Source: Longimicrobiales bacterium
GTDB lineage: Bacteria > Gemmatimonadota > Gemmatimonadetes > Longimicrobiales > Gaopeijiaceae
Reading direction: 5' to 3'
Assembly: GCA_965219445.1 (NCBI GenBank)
Contig: CBDCNQ010000003.1
Coordinates: forward strand, 224,001 to 288,000
Length of the DNA: 64,000 nucleotides
A program made the position numbers and the translations under genes. Under the pieces are notes generated by a model. It ran no database searches. It worked only from the letters and a program-made list of their open reading frames with translations, and was not told the DNA's origin. This document shows, one piece after another, positions 40,806 through 50,379 of the stretch (positions are counted from its first letter, which is position 1; each line of letters starts with the position of its first letter).

Positions 40806-41174
40806 CTAGGCCGAGGACTCCAGCCAGGTCGTCTCCTCCCCCGTGTTGATCGCGAGGTGTTCGCCCACCGTACCGGGGGCCGCCCCGTGCCAGTGCTCCT
40901 CGTCGGGACCGATCACGACCATGTCCCCCGTGTGCAGCGGGAGTTCTGTCCCCATGCGGTCCACCACGACGCAAGTACCGCTCAGCCCGTAGAGCACCTG
41001 GACGTCGTCGTGCTTGTGCCAGTTGGTCCGGGCACCCTCGCCAAAGGTGACGCGGTAGACCCGTATGGGCAGCCCGTCCGTAGGGCCCAGTAGAGGCTGC
41101 ATCAGGGCGGGGAGAACAAAATTCTTTTCGTCGGCTGCATCGTGCGGCCGATTTGCGTGGTCGATGGCTCTCAT
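40806..41174 (-). CDS. cupin domain protein
   Basis: GARTNWHKH...Q, EEHWHGA; GGAGG RBS. Confidence 0.9.
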   Translation of the reverse strand: MRAIDHANRPHDAADEKNFVLPALMQPLLGPTDGLPIRVYRVTFGEGARTNWHKHDDVQVLYGLSGTCVVVDRMGTELPLHTGDMVVIGPDEEHWHGAAPGTVGEHLAINTGEETTWLESSA

Positions 41175-41305
41175 GTTCGGTCACCTCCCTTCCTATGTCT
41201 GTAAAGCTCTTCTACGTTATAATGCCCCCCGAGGCGCCCCTGACCAGCGGTCAACACAGCCCAGGGACGGAGCTGGTCAGCGCTATCAGAGACATTTTCT
41301 AGCCA

Positions 41306-41377
41306 ATGGAATTCGCCAGTCTCGTAGAGAAAGCCACCAAAATGGAATTCGCCAATCTCGCAGAAAAAGCCATCAAA
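41306..41377 (+). repeat. 36-bp in-frame tandem duplication of the bioB start
   Basis: MEFASLVEKATK / MEFANLAEKAIK; 4 nt differences. Confidence 0.9.
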
Positions 41378-42313
41378 GAGGACCGTCTTACTGCGGAGGA
41401 GTGTCGGGCAGTCCTATACACTCCAGACGAGGAGATCTTGGCGTTGCTCTCGGCCGCCTACAGCGTGAGGAAGACCTTCTGTGGCAACAAGGTGCATATT
41501 CACGTCTTGATGAACGCCAAGAGCGGCCTTTGTCCTGAGGATTGCAACTACTGCTCCCAATCCAGGCTTTCCACGGCTGATATCTCCAAGTATCCGATGG
41601 TGAGCGGAGATCGGCTCCTGGAAGCAGCAAGGGCCGCGAAGGAAGCGAGAGCCAAACGTTTTTGCATCGTGACGAGCGGGAGAGGTGCCACGTGGGGAGA
41701 AATCGAATACCTCAGTGAGGCCGTCCGTACGATTCGGGATGAGGTTGGGATCAAAGTCTGCTGTAGCGTCGGGCTACTGGATGAACCGAAGGCCAAGGCC
41801 CTCAAAGACGCCGGCGTGGACCAGCTCAACCATAACCTCAATACCAGCGAAGAGTTCTATTCGGAGATCTGCACCTCGCACACGTACCAAGACCGGTTGG
41901 ATACCTTACGAGCAGCCCGCTCCGCGGGATTAAACCTATGTACCGGTGCCATCTTCGGGATGGGCGAGTCGGACGACGACGTGATTGACACCCTCATGGC
42001 GCTACGGGACCTTTCTCCGCAATCGATCCCCATCAATTTCCTCATCCCCATCGAGGGCACGCCCTTACAGGACGTGCATCGCTTAACCCCATATCAGTGC
42101 CTGAGGATTCTGTGCTTGGCAAGATTCCTGAACCCGAGGCAAGAGATTAGGATCTCGGGCGGCAGGGAATTCCACCTGAGGTCTCTCCAGGCCATGGCGC
42201 TCTATCCGGCCAACTCCCTTTTCGTGGAAGGGTATCTGACCACACCGGGACAGTCGACGAAAGATGCCTGGCGGCTGATCGAGGACATGGGTTTCGAAAT
42301 CCAGCTAGATTGA
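41306..42313 (+). CDS. bioB: biotin synthase
   Basis: CPEDCNYCSQ radical-SAM motif, NHNL, GMGE, PINFL, GGRE, YLTT. Confidence 0.98.
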   Translation: MEFASLVEKATKMEFANLAEKAIKEDRLTAEECRAVLYTPDEEILALLSAAYSVRKTFCGNKVHIHVLMNAKSGLCPEDCNYCSQSRLSTADISKYPMVSGDRLLEAARAAKEARAKRFCIVTSGRGATWGEIEYLSEAVRTIRDEVGIKVCCSVGLLDEPKAKALKDAGVDQLNHNLNTSEEFYSEICTSHTYQDRLDTLRAARSAGLNLCTGAIFGMGESDDDVIDTLMALRDLSPQSIPINFLIPIEGTPLQDVHRLTPYQCLRILCLARFLNPRQEIRISGGREFHLRSLQAMALYPANSLFVEGYLTTPGQSTKDAWRLIEDMGFEIQLD

Positions 42314-42348
42314 CCGTTCCTGGAGAAAGGCCTTAAGCCGGCTGCATC

Positions 42349-43695
42349 ATGGCTCACCCCTATCGGATATGGCATCCCTTTACGCAGATGGCCCGCTTCG
42401 ACGCGGAGCCGAAGCTCGTCGTGGAGCGCGCTGAAGGAAACCGTCTGATCGACCGCGACGGTCGGAAATACATAGACGCTGTGGCATCGCTGTGGTCCAA
42501 TATCCACGGCCATGGGCATCCTCAAATCGTCGAAGCCATTCAGGCGCAGGCTGCGAAGCTTCAGCACAGTACGCTGCTGGGCATCAGCCACCCCTCGGCC
42601 ATCGAATTCGCTGACTGCCTCATCCGCCATCTACCTCAGGGCCTCTCGCGGGTCTACTACAGCTCAGACGGCGCTAGTGCCGTCGAAGTGGCCCTGAAAA
42701 TGGCGATCCAATACTGGGTCAATCGCGGTAGCCCTGAACGGAAGCGGATCGTCGCTTTGGACATGGCCTATCATGGAGATACCCTCGGAGCCAACAGCCT
42801 GGGCGGAGACGGACCCTTTCGGGACCCGTATGAGCCGCTGCTTTTCGAGCCGCTGCGGATTCCGAATGGGTATCGGTACCGTTGCCAGTGGTGCGCGGAC
42901 GACCTCGAGTGCGACTCCTCGTGCGTCAACGCACTGCGCGACCTCCTCGAGACCCGGGGGAGCGAAATCGCGGCGGTGATCGTCGAGCCCCGGGTGCAAG
43001 GAGCGGCCGGGATGATCGTCGCGCCCGACGGCACCCTTTCGGGCATCCGACAGCTATGCAACAACCATGATGTATTGCTCATCGCGGATGAGGTGGCAAC
43101 CGGATTCGGGAGGACAGGCGAAATGTTCGCCTGTGACCTAGAAGGCGTCGTGCCCGACATCATGGCGCTGGGGAAAGGCATCACCGGCGGGTACCTTCCG
43201 CTGTCGGCTACGGTCACTACCGACCGGGTCTATGATGCTTTTTACGACGTTTCCGATCGTCATAAGACGCTCTTTCACGGCCATACCTTCGCCGGGAACC
43301 CCATCTGTTGCGCCGCCGCCATGGCGAGCGTGAGGATCTTTGAAGCGGAGCCGGTCTTGGAGCGCGTGCGCCGGCGAGCCACTTTTCTTGAAGAGCTCCT
43401 GAACGAGTCTTTCGCTGACCATCCTTGGGTTGGGGAAATCCGGCAGCAGGGCCTAATGGTCGGCATCGAGTTGGTACGAGACCGAACGACACGAGAATCG
43501 TTTCCTCCAGCCGACGCCGTCGGTTGGCGAGTCTGCATGGCCGCCCGTGATCGAGGCGTCTTCATTCGTCCTTTGGGTGACGTCGTTGTCATCATGCCGC
43601 CTCTCTCCATAGAAGAGGACGAGCTTGCTCAGGTCGCCGAGGCCGTCCGATATGGTCTTCGCGAAGTTGGGAGAGACCATGACGTCGTGGACTGA
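42349..43695 (+). CDS. bioA: DAPA aminotransferase
   Basis: WHPFTQM, YHGDT, DEVATGFGRTG, GKG.TGGY, HGHTF.GNP. Confidence 0.97.
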   Translation: MAHPYRIWHPFTQMARFDAEPKLVVERAEGNRLIDRDGRKYIDAVASLWSNIHGHGHPQIVEAIQAQAAKLQHSTLLGISHPSAIEFADCLIRHLPQGLSRVYYSSDGASAVEVALKMAIQYWVNRGSPERKRIVALDMAYHGDTLGANSLGGDGPFRDPYEPLLFEPLRIPNGYRYRCQWCADDLECDSSCVNALRDLLETRGSEIAAVIVEPRVQGAAGMIVAPDGTLSGIRQLCNNHDVLLIADEVATGFGRTGEMFACDLEGVVPDIMALGKGITGGYLPLSATVTTDRVYDAFYDVSDRHKTLFHGHTFAGNPICCAAAMASVRIFEAEPVLERVRRRATFLEELLNESFADHPWVGEIRQQGLMVGIELVRDRTTRESFPPADAVGWRVCMAARDRGVFIRPLGDVVVIMPPLSIEEDELAQVAEAVRYGLREVGRDHDVVD

Positions 43696-44827
43696 GGATC
43701 TGGAAAACGACCTGCGGCGCCTGGACGAGCTGTCCCTCAGGCGCAGTATCATCACGCCGGAGACTGGACCGGAGCCTCACGTTGTCATGGAGGGGCGCCG
43801 ATACACGCTCTTTACGTCCAACAACTACCTCGGATTGAGTACCCACCCGGAGGTCATCGAAGCATCCATCGAGGCGACCCGCACCTTTGGAACCAGCGTC
43901 TCGTCCTCCCGGCTCCTGTGCGGGTCCACCCCGCTCCACGAAGAGCTCGAAACCCGGTTGGCTGTGTTGAAATCGAGGGAGGCGTGTCTGCTTTTCAGCT
44001 CCGGATATTTGGCAAACCTGGGATTGATGACCGCCTTCTTAGATTCCGAGGACGTGATCTTTAGCGACCGTCTGAATCACGCCTCCATCATCGATGGCTG
44101 TCGCTTGTCAGCAGCGAAAGTGGCGCTCTACGACCATTGCGACCCAGGCCACCTCGAGGCTCTTTTGGGCGAAACACCCGCGAAGCGGCGGCTCATCGTG
44201 ACGGAGTCGGTGTTCAGCATGGACGGAAACCTGGCCCCCGTCCCGGAGTTGCTCACGCTAGCCGAGCGTTTCGAAGCGCTAATGGTCTTGGATGAGGCAC
44301 ATGCTACTGGATTATTGGGCGAAGACGGCGCCGGAGTCCTCAGTCTCTTCGGCATCTCCGACGGCCCCATCGTTATCGTCGGCACCCTCTCGAAGGCCCT
44401 CGGTTCCGTCGGCGGATTCGTGGCCGCGGACCAGACTTTGATCTCAGTGCTGCTGAATCGGTCCCGCTCCTTTATTTTTAACACCGCGCTCCACGCTGGC
44501 GCGGTGGCAGCCGCCCTTACCTCCATAAAGCTGCTAGAGACCGAGCCATGGCGTAGAGAGCGATCACTCTCTCTGGCGCGTACTCTCCGCGATGGAATCG
44601 TCCAACAGGGGTTTCCCCCCTCCAAGTCCGTCACGCCAATCGTCCCTCTGATGATCGGCGATGCCGAGGCGGCCCTAGCCCTCGACTTACGACTTCGCGA
44701 GGCCGGTGTACTCGCTCGAGCAATACGACCGCCAACGGTACCGAAGGGAACCTCGCGCATCAGGTTCAACGTGATGGCAACCCACGAGGAGGAGGACATC
44801 AGTCACGTGTTGGGCCTGCTCTCCTGA
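43679..44827 (+). CDS. bioF: 8-amino-7-oxononanoate synthase
   Basis: SNNYLG, NHASIIDG, FSMDG, DEAH, TLSKA. Confidence 0.96.
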   Translation: MTSWTEDLENDLRRLDELSLRRSIITPETGPEPHVVMEGRRYTLFTSNNYLGLSTHPEVIEASIEATRTFGTSVSSSRLLCGSTPLHEELETRLAVLKSREACLLFSSGYLANLGLMTAFLDSEDVIFSDRLNHASIIDGCRLSAAKVALYDHCDPGHLEALLGETPAKRRLIVTESVFSMDGNLAPVPELLTLAERFEALMVLDEAHATGLLGEDGAGVLSLFGISDGPIVIVGTLSKALGSVGGFVAADQTLISVLLNRSRSFIFNTALHAGAVAAALTSIKLLETEPWRRERSLSLARTLRDGIVQQGFPPSKSVTPIVPLMIGDAEAALALDLRLREAGVLARAIRPPTVPKGTSRIRFNVMATHEEEDISHVLGLLS

Positions 44828-44833
44828 TCGGAT

Positions 44834-45556
44834 ATGGGTCGCATCGTACTGGTGACTGGCACGGATACGGGCGTCGGCAAAACCATCGTCGCTGCCTGGT
44901 TGGCCTGGCTCACACGCCGGTCGCAACGAGTAGCGTTGGTGAAGGCCGCTCAAACCGGGGCAGACCCCCGCGTGGACGGCGACGAGGCGTTCTATCGTGC
45001 GGCCCTCACCGACCATCCCGTTACGATGACCACATTGGCCACATTCCCCGAGCCCCTGGCCCCATCGATTGCCGCCCGGAGGGCAGGGAAAAGCGTTCAA
45101 GCGAGCGACCTCGCGCGGTCTTGCATGGAGATCGCCCAGGATCACGACTTGACCATCGTCGAAGGCTCCGGGGGCCTAATGGTGCCTATCGATGAAGACA
45201 CGAACTTCGCGGATTTTGCAGGGGCCCTGGGTGCCACCCTGGTTCTGGTGATCCGGCCTGGGCTCGGGACGTTGAATCACACGATGCTCACGCTGGAGGC
45301 TGCAGCGAGGCGAAACATTTCCATCGAGATGTTGGTGTGCAACGGATTAGTGGCGAAGCCTCGGACCGTGGAAATCGAAAATCTGCGATTCTTTCGCGGC
45401 CACTATCCAGAGATACCGTTGATCTCGCTCCGCCGCCTGCGCCGGGCTGATCTACATCGTCTGTCTCTCCTCCGACCGCGCCTCCTAGGCGACCCGCCAC
45501 CCATGATCCAGGGCTCGATGTTGGAGCGCATGGAGCTTCCACCGCTGGGCTCATAG
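44834..45556 (+). CDS. bioD: dethiobiotin synthetase
   Basis: TGTDTGVGKT, QTG, EGSGG, LGTLNH. Confidence 0.96.
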   Translation: MGRIVLVTGTDTGVGKTIVAAWLAWLTRRSQRVALVKAAQTGADPRVDGDEAFYRAALTDHPVTMTTLATFPEPLAPSIAARRAGKSVQASDLARSCMEIAQDHDLTIVEGSGGLMVPIDEDTNFADFAGALGATLVLVIRPGLGTLNHTMLTLEAAARRNISIEMLVCNGLVAKPRTVEIENLRFFRGHYPEIPLISLRRLRRADLHRLSLLRPRLLGDPPPMIQGSMLERMELPPLGS

Positions 45557-45835
45557 CTCTCGGGTACATCCACCCCCCGCTTAAGGCGAAACAACCAGTC
45601 CCATGATCCGTCCTAGTGCCCTAGCAGGACGCGGCACGGCCGCAGGCGCCCCGGTTACCTCGCCTCGACTAGAACCAAAGTCACCGATTCGGGTGGGCGA
45701 GCGAACCGTGGTGAGCACCCTCCGAGCGCGGTGCGTCAGCATGCGAACTTTCAGTCCGAAGAGAATCATTGCACAACCGGTCCGCTATACCACAGGATTG
45801 AGCATGGAATACATTCGCCCAACCATCTCAGAGCC

Positions 45836-47020
45836 ATGAACCACACCCAAAAAAACGAATCCTCTGAAGGCGCGTTTATCCATCGAGTGCTACACGAGGG
45901 GATTACGCAAGGCGCCTCCCACATCCATGTCGAACCCGTGGACGACGATGTCGCCGTGCGATATCGGGTAGGGCGTGAGTATCGAGAATTCGCGAAGGAG
46001 ACGAGGGACATCTCGGGGGTCATGACACAGCTTCGGACGTTAGCGGGCCTCAGTGTAGTACCGCCCTTCGGTCCGGAGTGGGGCGTCATCAAATTCGAGA
46101 ACGAGGAAAAGGTGCACCGGTTCGCCGCTCAGATGTTGCCGAGCCTCACGGGCGAAAAGGCCGTACTTCAGTTGCTCCGAGAGACCTATATGGACCCCCG
46201 CCGTCTCGACGAGTTGGGCCTGATGGACGACCAGTCGGCCACGCTGAAGTCCACCCTCGAACAGAGGTCTGGCCTCATCGTGTTGTGTGGCCCGACCGGC
46301 AGCGGACTGGACACGACCGCGTACGCCTCACTGCTGCGACTCGACCGGAGTGCTCGCAGCGTGGCGACGATCGAAATGGTCGCCCAGGGGGAGGTTCCCG
46401 GCGTGCACCGGATGGAGGCCGGAGACGTGGACGAAAAAAATGCCATGCTGAGAGCCCTCATCCGGACAGATACCGATGTCGTGTATGTACAGGACCTCTC
46501 CGGAGGTGAATCCGCCACGCTCGCGCTGAGCGCGGCGATCGAGCACCAAAAGCTCGTGATCGCCTCCCTCCATAGCTCCAGTGCCGCCGCGGCCGTCACG
46601 CATTTCGTGAATCTCGGGATCGAGCCCTGGCTCGTGGGGAGCGGAATCAGGCTGATTCAGGCGCAGCGGCTACTTCGGCGGCTCTGCCCCGTATGCCGGG
46701 AGCATGCGGTGGTTCTCGGAGGACCCCCGCCCGAGGAGGCATCCGAGCAAACGACACCCGAGTCCTTCGCTTCCCATCGGGCGGTCGGGTGTGACGCGTG
46801 TCAGGGTGTTGGCTACACAGACGAAAGAGTGCTCGTATGTGAGTCCATGCCTTTCTCAGAGCACCTGCAACAACTGGTCATCGAAAAGGCCTCGGAAAGC
46901 GATATTCAGGCTGAGGCGGTACAGGAGGGCATGACCACCCTGCGCTCGATGGCCCTCGAACTCGCCCGAGAAGGAGTGACTACACTGGATGAGGTCTACC
47001 TCCACACACCGCCCGAATGA
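45836..47020 (+). CDS. GspE/PilB-family protein with degenerate ATPase motifs
   Basis: ASHIH.EP, AQRL.R.LC..C, GC..C...GY, G.TTL.EV retained; Walker A reads GPTGSGLD. Confidence 0.85.
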   Translation: MNHTQKNESSEGAFIHRVLHEGITQGASHIHVEPVDDDVAVRYRVGREYREFAKETRDISGVMTQLRTLAGLSVVPPFGPEWGVIKFENEEKVHRFAAQMLPSLTGEKAVLQLLRETYMDPRRLDELGLMDDQSATLKSTLEQRSGLIVLCGPTGSGLDTTAYASLLRLDRSARSVATIEMVAQGEVPGVHRMEAGDVDEKNAMLRALIRTDTDVVYVQDLSGGESATLALSAAIEHQKLVIASLHSSSAAAAVTHFVNLGIEPWLVGSGIRLIQAQRLLRRLCPVCREHAVVLGGPPPEEASEQTTPESFASHRAVGCDACQGVGYTDERVLVCESMPFSEHLQQLVIEKASESDIQAEAVQEGMTTLRSMALELAREGVTTLDEVYLHTPPE

Positions 47021-47088
47021 GAGCACCACCCAACCGATCAGCTCCGTCTAAGTAGGCACGTCGCAGGGAGAAGCCGATCGCCCAGTGG

Positions 47089-48288
47089 TCAACGCACGCG
47101 GAGCCTGAACTGGCCGACTTCTCCGCCAAGAGACGAAGCGACCACATGATACACGCCGTCGGCCGGGAAGGAGATTTCAAGACGCGAGTTTAGGCCCTCA
47201 CCGCCGTCGTCGTCCGACAGCGGCTCTTCCAGATCTGGTCCGGCTATAAACAGGTAGCTGTCGAAGTCATCGGAAATCAGATCGATCCTCACCGAGTCCC
47301 CGGCGCGCACCTCGAGGGCCCATGCTTGCATAGGCTTACCCCCAATCACCGGATCCTCCCCGGTGAGCGTCCCCCTGGCGTTCGATCCTACCTCAAGCAG
47401 CCGGCCATCGGTTGAGAGGCTGTTCATATCGATCGGATCCGCGACGGTCAGCGAGTACGACCCGGTCGAACCGGAACTCAGCGCCCCCGCCCCGATGATG
47501 TAAGTGCCCGTCTCGGGAAACAAAACCGTCAGCTCGGAGTTCAGGCCCACGCCGCTGTCGTCGTCTGTCATGGTCTCGATCATGCCCGGACCGTAGGCGA
47601 AGAGATACGCATCGAAGTCGTCGGACTCGAGCCGGATCGTTGCGGTCTCGCCCGCTAACGCCTCTAGAGCCCACGCCTGCGCCGGTTTGCCGTCAGCGAG
47701 CGTAGCCTCGGTGCCCAATAGGCGGCCCCGTGCCGGTTCACCCCAGGTCAACTCCCTTCCATCGGTCGGCAGCGCAGCCAGCGCAGATCCGTCGATCCCG
47801 CCACAGGACCGCTCCGCCACCGGGCCGGGCTCGCGGGACATAAGGAGTTGATAGGTGCCGGTCTGCCGCGACGACGAGGAACTCGCGACGACGTGAAAAA
47901 GGCCTCGGTCGAGGACCGTCAAGTTGATCCGCGAATGACAGGCGCCACCACTGTCATCGTCCGCAAGGGTTTCCTCGAGACCCGGACCCGCCACGTACAG
48001 GTAACTATCGAAATCGTCGGAGACGAGATCGATCGTTACCTCTTGGCCCGGCTTTCCCTGAAAAGCCCACGCCTCAACATAGCTGTCGTCCGTCGTAATG
48101 AAGTCGGCCACAGAAAGCGCGCCTCGGACCTCGTCGTCGATCTTCAACTCTCGTCCATCGGTGTCGAGGAGCATCAGGACCGAAGTCTCCTGCGCCCGTG
48201 CATCCGCGGGCGACAAGAGGACGAAGAACGCGAAGCAGACGGCCGCCTGCCGCGCCCAAACAGAGTATTGGAGCAAGAAATTAGACAC
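47089..48288 (-). CDS. exported protein with three PPC (pre-peptidase C-terminal)-like domains
   Basis: Three repeats of AW...G..V.I.L.SDDFD.YL...GP......DDD.G; signal peptide. Confidence 0.85.
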   Translation of the reverse strand: MSNFLLQYSVWARQAAVCFAFFVLLSPADARAQETSVLMLLDTDGRELKIDDEVRGALSVADFITTDDSYVEAWAFQGKPGQEVTIDLVSDDFDSYLYVAGPGLEETLADDDSGGACHSRINLTVLDRGLFHVVASSSSSRQTGTYQLLMSREPGPVAERSCGGIDGSALAALPTDGRELTWGEPARGRLLGTEATLADGKPAQAWALEALAGETATIRLESDDFDAYLFAYGPGMIETMTDDDSGVGLNSELTVLFPETGTYIIGAGALSSGSTGSYSLTVADPIDMNSLSTDGRLLEVGSNARGTLTGEDPVIGGKPMQAWALEVRAGDSVRIDLISDDFDSYLFIAGPDLEEPLSDDDGGEGLNSRLEISFPADGVYHVVASSLGGEVGQFRLRVR

Positions 48289-48395
48289 GAGTCACCTCGG
48301 AAAGATGTGACGAGGGTCGATCCGGCGCGATCGACACCGTTTCGTCGAGACCGTTCATATGATTAAAGCTAGGAAGGCCCTCCCGCCGCACTCAA

Positions 48396-48484
48396 CACAT
48401 TTCTCGCCGCGACTCGCCCACATTTCTCGCCGCGGCTCGTCACAAGAGTCGCCGCGGCCCGCCACAAGAGTTACCGTGGGGCAT
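48396..48484. repeat. four degenerate ~22-bp tandem repeats
   Basis: Units start at 48396, 48419, 48441 and 48463 (CACA.....CGCCGCGG). Confidence 0.8.
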
Positions 48485-48875
48485 GACCCCCCAGATTCCA
48501 GTTGTTGCGGCGATCATCCGGAGGGAGAACATGGTTCTATTGGGCCGGAGGCCCGACCACAAACGTCATGGAGGCTTGTGGGAGTTTCCCGGTGGGAAGA
48601 TCGACGAGGGGGAGACGGAGGCCGACGCGGTGACGCGTGAGCTGCTCGAGGAGTTCGGCGTTGAGACGATATTGGTCGGGAGCGTCGTGTACGAGTGTCG
48701 AGACCCCGATTCATCATTCATCGTTCGGTTTCTGGATGTTGGCATCCGTGGCGAGCCCGACCCGACCGAGCATGCCGAGATCGGTTGGTTCGAGCCCGAT
48801 TCGCTACCGACGCTCGGTCTCGCTCCTTGTGACGCCCGTTTCGTCGCGGAGCATTTCCTCCGGGTTCCCGGCTGA
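48483..48875 (+). CDS. NUDIX hydrolase (MutT/NudG-like)
   Basis: WEFPGGK...GE....A..RE..EE.G. Confidence 0.93.
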   Translation: MTPQIPVVAAIIRRENMVLLGRRPDHKRHGGLWEFPGGKIDEGETEADAVTRELLEEFGVETILVGSVVYECRDPDSSFIVRFLDVGIRGEPDPTEHAEIGWFEPDSLPTLGLAPCDARFVAEHFLRVPG

Positions 48876-50375
48876 TCCTTCTCCGAAGCCCGACGTCGAG
48901 CGGTTCGAAGCCAACTCCAAGATTTTCGCGAGCCAGCGCGCCGGCACTTTCGGAATCTCGTGTCGCACGGTTTCTCCACGCACGAGGCCTCGGCCCGCGA
49001 CGTGCCCCTGAAGTCCCAAGGGCACGAACCCGGATTCGACGCCTGGGACCTCGACATCTTCGCCATTGAGGAGCTGCGTCCACTGATCGAGTGAGAGCGA
49101 GATCAGTTTGGGCAGGATCGCGCCTTCGAGGAGCCGAAACAGATCATTGGTGGGCCTGGGGCGATTCCGGTAATCCGGCACCATGGCCCGTAGGCCGACC
49201 GAGACCACTCGCCAACGGTCGCTCTCACCCCAGCTCTCCAACGGCCAGCCTTCGCAACGATGGACCCAAAGATCCTCGCCTCGTACGATCCACCCGAAGT
49301 CGCTCCGGACGTCCGCTCCGATCCCGAACAACGACTCCAGACGATCGAACCCGGCCTCGATCGTGTCAGCTGCGGCCTGGGGATCCGTGCGCCCATCCGG
49401 AAAGGCGGCCGGCACGGGACTCCACCCGGGCAGCTTCGGTACCGCGTTCACGACTGACCCGGCGGGTTCGTTCCCGCCTAACCGCTTGAGACATGCCAGG
49501 AACAGTCCCCCAGAATCGAAGTGGTGAGGATATATCCGGCAGGCTCCCTCGAGACTGGAGTCGAACGTCTGACCCTCGAAGGACGTGAGGCCGGGGGCGT
49601 GTGGAGCGTCGATCGTGATCGGGTCGAGTACAACGGGAGCGTCTTCGAGAACACGATCTACGATGGCCTCGTTCTCCTCGGGGGCGAAGGTGCAGGTCGA
49701 GTAAAGGACGGTACCGCCAGGGCGTGTAAGGGCGATGGCTCTCCGGAGCAGCGCCTCCTGCCGCCGCGGCGCCTGCCTACGGAACTTGGCCGTCTGCCCC
49801 CTCGGCTTGCCGCGCTTTCTCCGCAGCGTCCCTTCGGCCGAGCAAGGGGCATCTACAAGCACCCGGTCGAAGAGCGCTCCGTCCGGCAGTGACCTGCCGT
49901 CCCCTGCCACGACGAGCACGTTCGGGTGTGCCGTGCGGTACATATTTCCGAGGAGAGCCCGGATGCGATCCTCGTTCCGGTCGACGGCCACGATGCAGCC
50001 GCGGTCCTGCATGAGGTCGGCAGCGTGGGTGGTCTTCCCTCCCGGAGCGGCGCAAAGATCCAGGATCCGCTCACCCGGACGGGGCGCCAGGAGGGGTGTG
50101 GCCACCCCTGTGGAGGCTTGCTGGATGTAAAACAGGCCCAGCCAGTTCTCGAGCGTGTCGGCTACGGCGTGGGGGCCATCATCAACGCGTAAGAAGTCCG
50201 GCAACCCCTCCACCTCCGAGAGGACGAAGCCCTGAGCCTGGAGCCGGTCTTTGAGGCTCACCGAGGAGATCCGTCCCGTGCGAACCCGGAGCGTGGGAGG
50301 ATCGCGACGAAGCATGGCGTCCCGAAAACCCTCCCAATCGGGGATGATCGTCCGGTATCGCTCGAGCGGATTCAT
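48804..50375 (-). CDS. RsmB/RsmF-family RNA m5C methyltransferase
   Basis: DLCAAPGGKT, VDAPCS, YSTCT..PEENE; RsmF-like C-terminal extension. Confidence 0.93.
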   Translation of the reverse strand: MNPLERYRTIIPDWEGFRDAMLRRDPPTLRVRTGRISSVSLKDRLQAQGFVLSEVEGLPDFLRVDDGPHAVADTLENWLGLFYIQQASTGVATPLLAPRPGERILDLCAAPGGKTTHAADLMQDRGCIVAVDRNEDRIRALLGNMYRTAHPNVLVVAGDGRSLPDGALFDRVLVDAPCSAEGTLRRKRGKPRGQTAKFRRQAPRRQEALLRRAIALTRPGGTVLYSTCTFAPEENEAIVDRVLEDAPVVLDPITIDAPHAPGLTSFEGQTFDSSLEGACRIYPHHFDSGGLFLACLKRLGGNEPAGSVVNAVPKLPGWSPVPAAFPDGRTDPQAAADTIEAGFDRLESLFGIGADVRSDFGWIVRGEDLWVHRCEGWPLESWGESDRWRVVSVGLRAMVPDYRNRPRPTNDLFRLLEGAILPKLISLSLDQWTQLLNGEDVEVPGVESGFVPLGLQGHVAGRGLVRGETVRHEIPKVPARWLAKILELASNRSTSGFGEGSAGNPEEMLRDETGVTRSETERR

Positions 50376-50379
50376 GGAA

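Noticed and set aside
41230..41305. SAM-I riboswitch or BirA box before bioB
   Set aside because: Only ATCAGAG resembles SAM-I; the remaining core and the TGTAAAC...GTTTACA operator are missing.
48396..48484. Possible CRISPR array
   Set aside because: Units are adjacent with no spacers, are degenerate, and there are no cas genes.
48804..48875. 72-bp convergent overlap of the NUDIX and RsmF-like genes
   Set aside because: Probably a non-conserved tail extension; no evidence of function.
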